DNA of 64,000 bases, taken from the NCBI GenBank assembly GCA_964454685.1, contig CAYVTZ010000010.1:11776-75775 (forward strand), written 5' to 3'. A program made the position numbers and the translations under genes. Source of the stretch: an uncultured Christensenellaceae bacterium (GTDB taxonomy: Bacteria; Bacillota; Clostridia; Christensenellales; Christensenellaceae). This document shows, in pieces, positions 26,822 to 35,892 of the stretch; the first letter of the stretch is position 1; the number at the start of each line of letters is the position of its first letter. Under the pieces are notes generated by a model, which was not told where the DNA came from, did no database searches, and saw nothing but the letters and a program-made list of their open reading frames with translations.

Positions 26822-27994
26822 CTAAAAATAACTCACCTTAATCCGTTTCCCCATCGCCCGCAAGCATGTGGAAAGCTCTTCCACTAAGTTCATCTTAATG
26901 TTGAACTGAATGGGCAGGTCGGGGTTTTGGTGCGCCGGGTTCACCGCGCGCCCCACAAAAAAATTGATGTCTGTCGCTTCCTCAAACAGCAACCGCGCAA
27001 TGCAGCTTGCGCCATCCTTTTTATAGCTCCAATATTGATAGCTCTCGTTGTCCTTTAAATAGTCCTGCGCATAGGTCAGTACCTTGCTGAGGGTGATTAC
27101 GCCCTCCGTTACAAGATCCACCCCTTCAATGCTCGCCATGGGCGGAATTTCTTTGTCGTAATATTCCAAACTCGGGATCAGCGGCTTGCCCAACGTTTTC
27201 GCCACCAGCGTCGAGGTAGAACCTCCGCACACCAAATGCTTCCCCTCTTTCGCAAAAAACAGCGAAATCATGCGTTCATTATCGTCATGGCTGCGCGGCG
27301 GCCCGAACATCAGGTTCATGGGTACGCGCCGACGCACGCGCATGGTACAAACCGTGGTGTCATCCCCCGGCTGTCCTCCGTAAAGTGTGTTGCATTCATC
27401 CAGCAGCATGGTCGAGAGCGTCTTGGCCGTGTACTCCGCGCGCGAAAGCGGCTCAATGAAGTCGATCACATTGTCCCGCTCCCATCCAAAATTCAACGTG
27501 CGCCCCGTTCCGGCATAAATCGCGCCGTCGCTCATGGCAATGATGCAATCCCCTTCGCGCAAAGTCGTCTTACTGTGATAAATGGTCTTACCGTCCAAAT
27601 TCAGCGTAGTTGCGGGCAGCTCTGTGTGCTCCCCCTCGCGCAGAAAAATCACGCGCGGGTTGTCATATTCAATGATCTGCGCTGTGTCGTTGTCCTCGAT
27701 CTTGATGATCGTAAAGGTGGAATATGCCACACCGCGCACACTGCACACCGGCAGGGTCGCCGCCACGGTCTCCACACACTGATCGATGCTCATTTCATTT
27801 GCCATCATCGTGGCAATGATGTTCGCCGTCAGCGTAGATAAAATGCTCGCTTTCACTCCGCTGCCCATGCCGTCCGCCAGCACAAGTACCGTGCTGTTCT
27901 CCGTAGGATTCACGATCTGCACCGTATCGCCGCACAGCAGCTCCCCGAATTTATTCATGCTGCTGCAACCGATATCCACACACAAATTATTCAT
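26822..27994 (-). CDS. PP2C/SpoIIE-family serine phosphatase with a C-terminal domain of unknown function
   Basis: 390 aa. CGDTV...VLADGMGSGVKASILS...MSDGA is the SpoIIE/PP2C pattern. The start overlaps the hydS stop as ATGAATAA. Confidence 0.8.
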   Translation of the reverse strand: MNNLCVDIGCSSMNKFGELLCGDTVQIVNPTENSTVLVLADGMGSGVKASILSTLTANIIATMMANEMSIDQCVETVAATLPVCSVRGVAYSTFTIIKIEDNDTAQIIEYDNPRVIFLREGEHTELPATTLNLDGKTIYHSKTTLREGDCIIAMSDGAIYAGTGRTLNFGWERDNVIDFIEPLSRAEYTAKTLSTMLLDECNTLYGGQPGDDTTVCTMRVRRRVPMNLMFGPPRSHDDNERMISLFFAKEGKHLVCGGSTSTLVAKTLGKPLIPSLEYYDKEIPPMASIEGVDLVTEGVITLSKVLTYAQDYLKDNESYQYWSYKKDGASCIARLLFEEATDINFFVGRAVNPAHQNPDLPIQFNIKMNLVEELSTCLRAMGKRIKVSYF

Positions 27995-29645
27995 CCCGCA
28001 GCGACTCCTTCAGCTTGGTCAGTGCCACCTTGGTCTCGGAAACCGTCTCTCCCAGCAGCGAAGCGATTTCCTGCACCACACGCATCTGTTTTTCAATAAC
28101 CTTGTCCGTCACCTCAATGGTCTGCTGCGTCATCTGCTCCCTGTTTTCGCGGCTGATTTCCTCCGCCGTCACATCGCGCATGATGCAAATAAAAATATGG
28201 TAGTTCGGATCATAAATCGCCGTTTCATCCACAAAAATATTGTATTCTGCTAAATACACGCGCCGATCTTTGATCGTGCGTCCCGTTTCTTGCACCGTCA
28301 AGAAGTCTGTCGGATCCAAAATGCGCACCACATTCTCGCCCAGCACGTCCGTTTCCCGTGAAAGGTGCATCATACGCAGCGCCGATGGATTGATCTGCTG
28401 CACCTCCAGCGCATCGTTGAGCACAATAATCGCATTGGGCGTATTGGAAAAAACGTTGCTGGAAAAAGACTCCGCCTTCTCCTTCAAGAAAGGCAGGCAC
28501 ATGGAAAGATCCGCCTTGCCTTGCAGCACCGCAACCGCCTTCTCGCGGCAGGTGTCATAGCCGCAGCTTCCACAATTCAGCTCTTCTTCCGCTCTGGTCT
28601 TGCCCATCTTACGCAAAACGTCCTCAATCGCCTTTTCACCGGGGCGCACCTGTCCGGCGCCCAGTCCGGCATAACCCGCATCCAGGTTTGCTGCTGTTGT
28701 GATGTCAAACTGCGTTTCACTCGCGTATCTTCGCACCGCCGCCGTGTTGCGCAGCGTAGAACGCCGCTCCATCAGCGGGCCGCCCACACAGCTGCCGCTG
28801 CATGCGGACATCTCGATAAAGCAGTGCCGCAACGCGCCGTCCTGAATCTCTCTCAATGCCGCAACGCAGTTTTCCAAGCCATCCACACATAAATAATCGT
28901 ATTGCTTCTGCGTCTGCCCCATTGTTTCTAAAATGCCGCCTACCGTAGGGAACATCGCAGCCTTCCCGCTGGAATCCGGCGCATCCTGCGCGATCGTCAC
29001 GCCGGCTTCCTCCAGCCAGCGACTCAAATCCTCAAAGGTCAGCGCGCAGTCTACCTCGCCCGCATTGCGCCGCGCTTCGTCCTTCTTGGCAACGCACGGA
29101 CCGATAAATACGGTCTTTGCCTCCGGTTCCTGCTCCTTTATGATGCGGCAGTGCGCCAACATCGGTGATGCCACCTGCGCTAAATAAGGCAGCAGCAGCG
29201 GAAAGTGTTTTTGAATCATCAGATTCAGCGATTGGCAGCAGGATGAGATCAGCACGGGCTGTGTGCCTGCTTCCAAAATGCGCGCATATTCACGCGCAAC
29301 CACCGTCGCGCCGATCGCCGTCTGCTCCACACGCGCAAAGCCAAGCTGCTTCAGCGCCGATTCCAGCGCCTCAAAGGATACGCCGTAGTTCGCTACAAAG
29401 GAGGGCGCAACACTCGCCACCACCGTTTCGTTCATGGCAATCAGCACTTTTGCCGTTTCCAGATCATCTTTAATTTCCTTCGCGTCCTGCGGGCACACCA
29501 AAAAGCATTGTCCGCACAGCACGCAGTCCTCCGCCACAATATGCGCCTGATTCCCTGAAAACCGGATAGACTTCACCGGACAGTGGCGAATACATTTATA
29601 ACAATTTTTACAGTTGGCCTTTTTCAGCCTGATCATTTCGGGCAT
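27987..29645 (-). CDS. hydS: Putative sensory [FeFe]-hydrogenase (HydS-like): ferredoxin motifs, H-domain, extra Cys motif and a C-terminal PAS domain
   Basis: The H-domain motifs deviate from the catalytic consensus: SSCCQ instead of TSCCP, GPCVAKKDE, and EMSACSGSCVGGP with Ser in place of the Met before AC. There is an additional CGSCGYDTC motif. The C-terminal ~120 aa look PAS-like. The start is ambiguous among 29657, 29645 and 29636; 29645 has the best GGAG spacing. Confidence 0.8.
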   Translation of the reverse strand: MPEMIRLKKANCKNCYKCIRHCPVKSIRFSGNQAHIVAEDCVLCGQCFLVCPQDAKEIKDDLETAKVLIAMNETVVASVAPSFVANYGVSFEALESALKQLGFARVEQTAIGATVVAREYARILEAGTQPVLISSCCQSLNLMIQKHFPLLLPYLAQVASPMLAHCRIIKEQEPEAKTVFIGPCVAKKDEARRNAGEVDCALTFEDLSRWLEEAGVTIAQDAPDSSGKAAMFPTVGGILETMGQTQKQYDYLCVDGLENCVAALREIQDGALRHCFIEMSACSGSCVGGPLMERRSTLRNTAAVRRYASETQFDITTAANLDAGYAGLGAGQVRPGEKAIEDVLRKMGKTRAEEELNCGSCGYDTCREKAVAVLQGKADLSMCLPFLKEKAESFSSNVFSNTPNAIIVLNDALEVQQINPSALRMMHLSRETDVLGENVVRILDPTDFLTVQETGRTIKDRRVYLAEYNIFVDETAIYDPNYHIFICIMRDVTAEEISRENREQMTQQTIEVTDKVIEKQMRVVQEIASLLGETVSETKVALTKLKESLRDE

Positions 29646-29681
29646 ACACAACTCCATTCATTTTCCAGCATGCACAGCGGG

Positions 29682-29921
29682 TTACACACGGCTTAAAATA
29701 CGTTCCTCAAAGAACCCTGCCGTATCCTGCGGGCTTAACGAAAACACTTCCTCATCCACCTTGACGCACACGCCGTTTTTACAGGTACCCATGCAAAAAG
29801 TTCCGCTCAACTCCACTCGATTTTTTAAATCATGCTGCTCAATCAGCGTCTGCATCTGCTCCACGATCTCGCGCGACCCCTTCAAATGGCAGGAGCTCCC
29901 GATACATATCACAACATTCAT
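29682..29921 (-). CDS. Thioredoxin-like 2Fe-2S ferredoxin (NuoE/HndA-type fold)
   Basis: 79 aa. It reads ICIGSSCHLKG...CMGTCKNGVCV, with a strong RBS (AAGGAGAA). Confidence 0.7.
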   Translation of the reverse strand: MNVVICIGSSCHLKGSREIVEQMQTLIEQHDLKNRVELSGTFCMGTCKNGVCVKVDEEVFSLSPQDTAGFFEERILSRV

Positions 29922-30060
29922 TCAACATTCTCCTTTTTCGTCCAGATGTATGCGCGCACAGCGCCATGTTTGGTGCAGGCATATCCCGCGCGATGATATC
30001 ATTTGTGAATATTTTATCATTCTTTCACATCCCACACAACGCATCACTTTAATATGCTGC

Positions 30061-30078
30061 TATATCATTTATGATATA
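30061..30078. promoter_or_regulatory. Perfect 18-bp palindrome TATATCAT-TT-ATGATATA, a candidate operator of the fdx-hydS operon
   Basis: It lies about 140 nt upstream of the fdx ATG, just downstream of a candidate minus-strand promoter. Related elements are ATGATATCAT (29993-30002) and ATATATCAT (near 30231). Confidence 0.4.
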
Positions 30079-30087
30079 CCCCTATGG

Positions 30088-30117
30088 ATGATACTCCAAT
30101 AGGTTTGCTGCTGTCAA
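30088..30117 (-). promoter_or_regulatory. Candidate sigma-A promoter for fdx-hydS (TTGACA-N18-TATCAT on the minus strand)
   Basis: The -35 is the reverse complement of TGTCAA at 30112-30117. The -10 is the reverse complement of ATGATA at 30088-30093. Confidence 0.3.
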
Positions 30118-30284
30118 CTCACCTGCGCAAAGTCCGCGCGTTGCTTTTCCTGTCCTAAGCAAAAAAACAGCAGTTCTCCCAACCAAAATCATCTCCATCC
30201 CGCCACAAAAAGCACCGCCCTGCTCATGGCATATATCATCACACCTCTGATTTATCTATCCCTCCATCTCGCTCCCCGCAAACA

Positions 30285-30325
30285 TGAAAAAGCGTCCCTT
30301 CCATTCTTGCCGGAAGAGACGCTTT
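30285..30325 (-). terminator. Intrinsic terminator downstream of nox
   Basis: The minus strand reads AAAGCGTCTCTTCC-GGCAAGAAT-GGAAGGGACGCTTT followed by TT. Confidence 0.6.
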
Positions 30326-30408
30326 CCCGATTTATTGTATCCTAAAGCCGAAAACCGCCGTCTCAGCTTTGTTCAGCTTTCCTGCGCTAGGCGCCCGCTT
30401 TCATACCC

Positions 30409-31752
30409 TCAGTTCGGCGCGGAAAGCGCCGCCATCGTGATATAGTTATACGGCTGGTTAAAGTGCGGCAGGAAGAAGATGTCCAGCAATTTAAGCTTAT
30501 CAATGGTCACGCCCTCCTCAATGGCGAGCGAGAACATATGAATGCCCATCGAAATATCTTGACGTGATGCCATCTGCGCGCCCAATACGCGGCGTGTCTT
30601 TTTGTCAAACACAATACGCAGTTTCACCTGATAGTTGTTCTCCTTGATGAACGCCGGCTTCTGGAAGTCCTCAAACTGCGTGTACGCCGGTTCAAAGCCC
30701 GCTTTTTGTGCCGCCGCCATGTTAAGCCCGGTGGAAACCATGTTGTATCCATAGATGGAAATGCCGTTTGATCCCTGCACGCCCGCAGACTCCAGCACTG
30801 TGCCACACGCGTTGTGCGCCGCCACAATGCCGCTGCGTACTGCGTTGGTTGCCAAAGCAATATAAGAGGTTTCCTGCAACGCATTGCTGTATACCGTCGC
30901 ACAGTCGCCGATTGCATACACATCCTGCATGCTGGTGCGCTGGTTCAGGTCTACCTTGTATGCGCCGTTTCCAAACAGTTCCAGCCGGTCCGCGCCCAGC
31001 CCTGTATTGGGCTTAAATCCAATGGACAAAATCACCATCTGCGCCGGGTATTCTCCCTTGTCCGTCACAACCGTCTGTACCAGACCGTTTGCATCGCCTT
31101 TCAGCTCCAAAACGCGCTGTCCATATTGCAGCGCAATACCATGATCTTTCAGCACGTTGTCCATATCCTCCGTGAACCACGGATCGTAGTAACCGGCAAG
31201 GCAAGTGTCCGCCGCTTCAAACAGCGTCGCATTCTTGCCTCTGCGCTGCGCTGCCTCGGCAATTTCCACTCCGATATACCCCGCGCCAATCACGGCAACA
31301 TCCTTGACCAGCGCGTCATTCATGCACAAATTGGCCTTCTCGCCATCCTGAAACAGTTTCACAAACTGTACGTTCTGCAAGTCTTTACCCGGCAGCTTCG
31401 GCTCAATGGGCAGCGATCCCGTCGCCAAAATCAGCTTGTCGTAGTCCGCAACCACTTTTTCGCCATCCTTTGTGGTCGCATAAACCTTTTTGGTGTCAAA
31501 ATCGATGCGGTCTACCTCTGTCTCCATGTAGATGGTCGCGCCTTTTTTGGCAAGCGCTTCTCTGGACGAATAGAACAGACCCGCATAGTCGTCAATCTGT
31601 CTGCCCACCCACAGTGCCGTGCCACAGCCCAGATAGCTGATGTTCGAGTTGCGATCAAAAACCGTCAACTCATTGCCCGGATACTGATCCAAAATGGTGT
31701 TCGCGGCAGCCGTACCCGCATGGTTCGCCCCAATCAATACAATTTTGCTCAT
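30409..31752 (-). CDS. nox: H2O-forming NADH oxidase (pyridine nucleotide-disulfide oxidoreductase, Cys42-type)
   Basis: I place the start at MSKIVLIGANHAGTAA. SYLGCGTALW carries the redox Cys. It is collinear with remembered streptococcal Nox-2 (GDCATVYSNA, GVQGSNGISIYG, FFLPHFNQPYNYITMAAL). Confidence 0.8.
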   Translation of the reverse strand: MSKIVLIGANHAGTAAANTILDQYPGNELTVFDRNSNISYLGCGTALWVGRQIDDYAGLFYSSREALAKKGATIYMETEVDRIDFDTKKVYATTKDGEKVVADYDKLILATGSLPIEPKLPGKDLQNVQFVKLFQDGEKANLCMNDALVKDVAVIGAGYIGVEIAEAAQRRGKNATLFEAADTCLAGYYDPWFTEDMDNVLKDHGIALQYGQRVLELKGDANGLVQTVVTDKGEYPAQMVILSIGFKPNTGLGADRLELFGNGAYKVDLNQRTSMQDVYAIGDCATVYSNALQETSYIALATNAVRSGIVAAHNACGTVLESAGVQGSNGISIYGYNMVSTGLNMAAAQKAGFEPAYTQFEDFQKPAFIKENNYQVKLRIVFDKKTRRVLGAQMASRQDISMGIHMFSLAIEEGVTIDKLKLLDIFFLPHFNQPYNYITMAALSAPN

Positions 31753-31961
31753 TAAAAGTAACCTCCGTTTGATAAAGTTCGTGAGAAAAATAAAATCAAG
31801 GTATTTTTGATAAACATAATATACACCGTTTGCGCGCGCCTTAATCAAAAAGCGTTCTTTCTCATATCTTTTTTTACAATTTTTACAGAGCCTGCTGCCA
31901 CGCGATTTTCGCTGCTTTCGGGCATCAACTTTTTGAGCGGGCTTTGCTTCCTTGCGCCATC

Positions 31962-31997
31962 AAAAAAGGCTGCCGCGCTTCCTCGCACAGCAGCCTT
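31962..31997 (-). terminator. Intrinsic terminator after the DUF4349 gene
   Basis: The minus strand reads AAGGCTGC...GCAGCCTT followed by TTTTTT. Confidence 0.65.
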
Positions 31998-32016
31998 GCC
32001 AATCATACGGTTACTC

Positions 32017-32967
32017 TTATTTCTGCGTTTTGTTCTCTGGCTTTGTTCCCTCTCCCGCCTGCTTTGCAAGGCGCGATATTGCCACCCGCGCGCGTATCCG
32101 GCGCACCAGCCATACGATCACCCATGCAATCACGCCAAACACCGCCAGCAGCAACAAAACCGGCACAGCAGCCGCAAAGAACACCGCCATTCCATCCAAA
32201 AATTCTCCTACGCCCGTCATCGACATCGAAAATGCCTCCGACGCACGATCACCCAGCGGCTGGCCGTCTTTGCCGATGGTTTCCGGCGTAATCAGCTCTA
32301 TCAGCGTCACATCCACCGTTGCGTAATCGACCAGTTGATCCAGTTGCCGTTTGTTTCCCTGCAGCTGATCCAATTCATACAGCACATCCGATAATTCCTT
32401 TTCAAACGCGATGATATCCTCGGCCTTTGTAGCACTTTCCAAATATCCCATCAAGCGTTCTTTGCGCAGCTCCAGCATGTCGATGCGCGCAGTTGTGTCA
32501 TAATATTGCGAAGTTAAGTCCTCTGTGGTCTTGTTTTTGCCAATCAACTCTCCTATGCCGGATATTCCGTCCATAAAAGCATTCAGCCGATCCGCCGGAA
32601 CGCGCAGCGAAAGCCGCGAATTGCGTCCGTAGTTCCTACCCGATTGCGAGGAATATGCCGAGGTTTCCTCATTCGCTACATATCCGTTCTCCCGCTCCAT
32701 AAGCTGCATAATTTTGGTATAATCCGCGTCATATTGCTTGGTGTGTATCTCAAAATACGCACTTTGCGTCAGCTTGCGTCCACTGTCGGGCAGGTCGGTG
32801 TTGGGCAACCCCGTCAACCCCGCATCCCCCGTTGATTCGTTTATGGATGCGGCCGCTTCACCGGAGACCGCCTCTGCCGCCTCCTTGGTTCCCGCAAACG
32901 GTGCCGCACACGCCACAAGGCTGGTCAAAAGGAACACAGCAATAAGTAAAACAACAATTTTTTTCAT
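32017..32967 (-). CDS. DUF4349-type lipoprotein with a C-terminal transmembrane helix
   Basis: The signal peptide has a lipobox (LTSLVAC). The coiled-coil segment is YYDTTARIDMLELRKERLMGYLE...LVDYATVDVTL. A C-terminal hydrophobic helix is present. Confidence 0.65.
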   Translation of the reverse strand: MKKIVVLLIAVFLLTSLVACAAPFAGTKEAAEAVSGEAAASINESTGDAGLTGLPNTDLPDSGRKLTQSAYFEIHTKQYDADYTKIMQLMERENGYVANEETSAYSSQSGRNYGRNSRLSLRVPADRLNAFMDGISGIGELIGKNKTTEDLTSQYYDTTARIDMLELRKERLMGYLESATKAEDIIAFEKELSDVLYELDQLQGNKRQLDQLVDYATVDVTLIELITPETIGKDGQPLGDRASEAFSMSMTGVGEFLDGMAVFFAAAVPVLLLLAVFGVIAWVIVWLVRRIRARVAISRLAKQAGEGTKPENKTQK

Positions 32968-33267
32968 GATATATTTCCTCCATTTTATCTGAAATCAAAG
33001 ATAAGATGCGGGTGTTCACTTGTTTTGCCACGCATACATCCCCTCCGCAGGCAATTACATGCCGTGGCGAATCACCTTGCTTCATTATACTCAAAAACCC
33101 GCTCAACCAAGCGGTTGTTCACAGGTTTTTTACAAAGAAACAAAGCCGTAACACAATGGTAAAAGAATGTTCATATCCCCGCCCGAAATCGTCATACAGT
33201 CTTAAAAAAGAAGACCGCAGTTGCTTCATATCTGTTTTTCCAAAGCAATCTCCGCACACTGCTTGCT

Positions 33268-34125
33268 TTACATCAGCGAAAACAGCGAGGTTAACGCGCC
33301 GCGCACCGCGGACGAAATGGCAATGGAAACAATCGACTTGAAAATCCCCATCACAATCGCCACAATGGCGATAATGCGTGCGGCTCGCAGCATGGGATTA
33401 CGCGCATCCGTCTTTTTCGCCTCCCCGCCAATGGCAAAGGCAGCGACCCCCAACCCCAGTGCAACAGGGCCATAGATAAAGAACGCGACAACGCCGCAAA
33501 GCGACAGTACAAATGCAGTCACTGTATTACGGCCCACCGGCGGCGTATGCTTTTTGTCGGCATAAATCGGCTGACCGGCCACCGCGCCAAACGCCTCGCA
33601 CAGGCGGCGGCTGAGGTTGTTGTTCACATAGCGATCCAGCCAGAGGATCTCCTTGCCTTGCTCTTGCATCGCGCTTGAGCAGGTACGCTCCATCAGCAGC
33701 GCATCTGAGTGGGTCGCAGGCATCGTTTCCCCCTGCTCCTCTCGTTTCTCGTCAGGAGCTTCAGAGGCAAACGGCGCGGACGAAGCAGGCCTTATTTGCT
33801 GCATCCCCAAGCCCGCCAGCAGATCCGCCGTCATCAGCAACGCGGTCTTTTTGCTCATGAAATTTTTGGAAAAAGGAACACGCGAAGCCGTCTTGATTTC
33901 GGCTCGCAAAAAATCACCCAACAATTTTTGTGTCGGTTCCTCTGCCACATGCAGCGGTATCGCCTTTTTCTCTGCCAGGTCATGCAGCAGTCCGGCGCAC
34001 ACCAGAGCATCCTCACAGCCCTCCTGCGCCAGCAGAAAACCGGTTTGCAACGCATGCTCCAAACCCGTCAGTTGGTTGCTCGAATAATACTCTGTTAAAA
34101 ATGGAATCAACTGTTGCGATGTCAT
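33268..34125 (-). CDS. Hypothetical protein: N-terminal H...HD-like segment and a C-terminal two-helix membrane anchor
   Basis: 285 aa. It has EHALQTG...GLLHDL (an HD-domain-like spacing) and two hydrophobic helices near the C-terminus. The family assignment is not secure. Confidence 0.35.
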   Translation of the reverse strand: MTSQQLIPFLTEYYSSNQLTGLEHALQTGFLLAQEGCEDALVCAGLLHDLAEKKAIPLHVAEEPTQKLLGDFLRAEIKTASRVPFSKNFMSKKTALLMTADLLAGLGMQQIRPASSAPFASEAPDEKREEQGETMPATHSDALLMERTCSSAMQEQGKEILWLDRYVNNNLSRRLCEAFGAVAGQPIYADKKHTPPVGRNTVTAFVLSLCGVVAFFIYGPVALGLGVAAFAIGGEAKKTDARNPMLRAARIIAIVAIVMGIFKSIVSIAISSAVRGALTSLFSLM

Positions 34126-34179
34126 GAGAATCTCCTTCCAAACACTTCAAGCGCTTTTACCCGGACAAAAGCCGACGTA

Positions 34180-34216
34180 AAAAAACAAGGGATGTGATAC
34201 CACCGTATCACATCCC
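34180..34216 (-). terminator. Intrinsic terminator after the DEAD-box helicase gene
   Basis: The minus strand reads GGGATGTGATA-CGGTGG-TATCACATCCC followed by TTGTTTTTT. Confidence 0.8.
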
Positions 34217-34226
34217 CCTTCAAAAC

Positions 34227-35339
34227 TCAAGCGTTTAGGTTTGTGTTCCCTTTTGTATTCAGCACATTGTATCTGCGCTTAATGTCTGAAAGATTCCCGC
34301 GATCACGGCGGCTGACCAGTGTGCAGGCGACTCCTTCATTGCCCGCGCGCCCTGTTCTGCCAATGCGGTGCACATAATATTCCGCCTTCTCCGGCACATC
34401 ATAGTTGATCACGAGGTCAACGTGCTTGACGTCGATGCCTCTGGCGGCAACGTCCGTCGCAACCAGAATTTTGCTTTTCCCTTCGCGGAATAACTGCATC
34501 ACCTTATCACGTTCCTTCTGCGTGAGATCGCCATGCAGACATGCGGTCTGCTCTCCGCTTTCGCGCATACTCTGTGCAACGTGCTTGGCGCGTCGGCGTG
34601 TGTTGCAGAAAATCAGAGTCAACCGCGGCGCAATCTCATCCATCAACTGATTGATGGCGGGCAGCTTCGCGTGATCCTCCACTTGGATGCTCATTTGACG
34701 AATCAGCTCGATCGGCTGCGTCTTGGATGCGGTTTGAATGGTTTTCGGCTCGGTCAAAAATTGCTGCGCCACCTCCGAAACCTTCTTGTTCATGGTCGCG
34801 GTAAACAGCATGGTTTGGTGTTCTCCCGTCACATGCGAAAGGATGGATTTAATATCCGGCAAAAATCCGAAATCAAGCATTTCGTCCGCTTCATCCAGCA
34901 CGGCAAAGCGTACATTTTTCAGCTTGATCACATTGCGCGCAATCAAATCCTTCACGCGCCCCGGCGTACCGATCACAATTTGTGCGCCCGCACGCAGCGC
35001 GCGAATCTGTATGCTGGCGGGTTGCCCGCCATATACGCTGATCACACGCAATTTTTTGTGTTCAGTCAACTGCTTGAACACCTCTGTAATTTGCAGCGCC
35101 AGCTCTCTGGTCGGGCAAAGTACCAGCGCTTGAATTTTTTTATTATCATTGAATACCTTCTCGATAATCGGAATGGCAAACGCCGCAGTCTTGCCCGTGC
35201 CCGTCTGCGCAACCGCAACAATATCCTCGCCTTGCAGCGCGGGAGCCAGCGTTTCAGACTGGATGGGCGTGGGTTTCTTGTAGCCATTTCTGGCAAGCGT
35301 CTGCTGCATTTCCTTGGTCAGTTGTTCGTTATAATTCAT
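34227..35339 (-). CDS. DEAD-box ATP-dependent RNA helicase
   Basis: I place the start at MNYNEQ. Motifs found are the Q motif (PTPIQ), AQTGTGKT, DEAD (LDEADEM), SAT-like TAT and HRIGRTGRAG. Confidence 0.85.
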   Translation of the reverse strand: MNYNEQLTKEMQQTLARNGYKKPTPIQSETLAPALQGEDIVAVAQTGTGKTAAFAIPIIEKVFNDNKKIQALVLCPTRELALQITEVFKQLTEHKKLRVISVYGGQPASIQIRALRAGAQIVIGTPGRVKDLIARNVIKLKNVRFAVLDEADEMLDFGFLPDIKSILSHVTGEHQTMLFTATMNKKVSEVAQQFLTEPKTIQTASKTQPIELIRQMSIQVEDHAKLPAINQLMDEIAPRLTLIFCNTRRRAKHVAQSMRESGEQTACLHGDLTQKERDKVMQLFREGKSKILVATDVAARGIDVKHVDLVINYDVPEKAEYYVHRIGRTGRAGNEGVACTLVSRRDRGNLSDIKRRYNVLNTKGNTNLNA

Positions 35340-35593
35340 AGTTCCTCTTTCTGTTTTTTTCATAAAAATAGACTGGGCACAGAAAACGTGCACAGTCCTA
35401 CCATTGCATGCTCCGTCCGGTTACATCCTTCTCACGGAAAAAACGATCCGCTCTTTGGCAAATCTCGATTTTTGCCAACGTGTATCTTCGATGTAACAGA
35501 CAAATCAATAAATATTACATAAACATACTCAAGCATTGTAACACGTGCTTTGAGAAATGTAAACTGAAATTTTTTGAGACCACCTCATTCTCT

Positions 35594-35621
35594 TTACTTC
35601 TCCCGTATAAAATGATATAAT
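35594..35621 (+). promoter_or_regulatory. Candidate promoter TTACTT-N16-TATAAT upstream of the small ORF and valS
   Basis: The -10 is a perfect TATAAT at 35616-35621. Confidence 0.35.
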
Positions 35622-35660
35622 ATTTCACATTGTGTAACCGAAGCATATAAGGAGAAACAC

Positions 35661-35849
35661 ATGAACTTTTTTTTGGAAATGAACGCCGCAAAAGGCATCG
35701 GGCTGGCGCTTGTGATCGCGGGCGCAATCGTGACATTTTCGGCAAAGCGCATCACAAAAAACGGTGCGTGGCAGCATCGGGAGCTCGTCTGCAAAATTTG
35801 CGGACTGGCAGCGGTGATGGCCGGGCTACTGACGATGATATCGGCATAA
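35661..35849 (+). CDS. Small (62 aa) two-helix membrane protein in the valS leader position
   Basis: It has a strong RBS (AAGGAGAAACACATG), two hydrophobic helices and ends 43 nt before valS. Confidence 0.45.
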   Translation: MNFFLEMNAAKGIGLALVIAGAIVTFSAKRITKNGAWQHRELVCKICGLAAVMAGLLTMISA

Positions 35850-35892
35850 CAGCCGTTTGGATGAACCAAATTGGACGATGTGGGAGGAAACC

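Noticed and set aside
29995-30022. Rex (redox repressor) operator: TTGTGAA-TATT-TTATCAT.
   Set aside because: Only the left half matches the TTGTGAA-N4-TTCACAA consensus, and the right half has three mismatches. No rex gene is present in the window.
35340-35892. T-box riboswitch for valS.
   Set aside because: I could not find a T-box core or antiterminator. A covariance-model scan is still needed.
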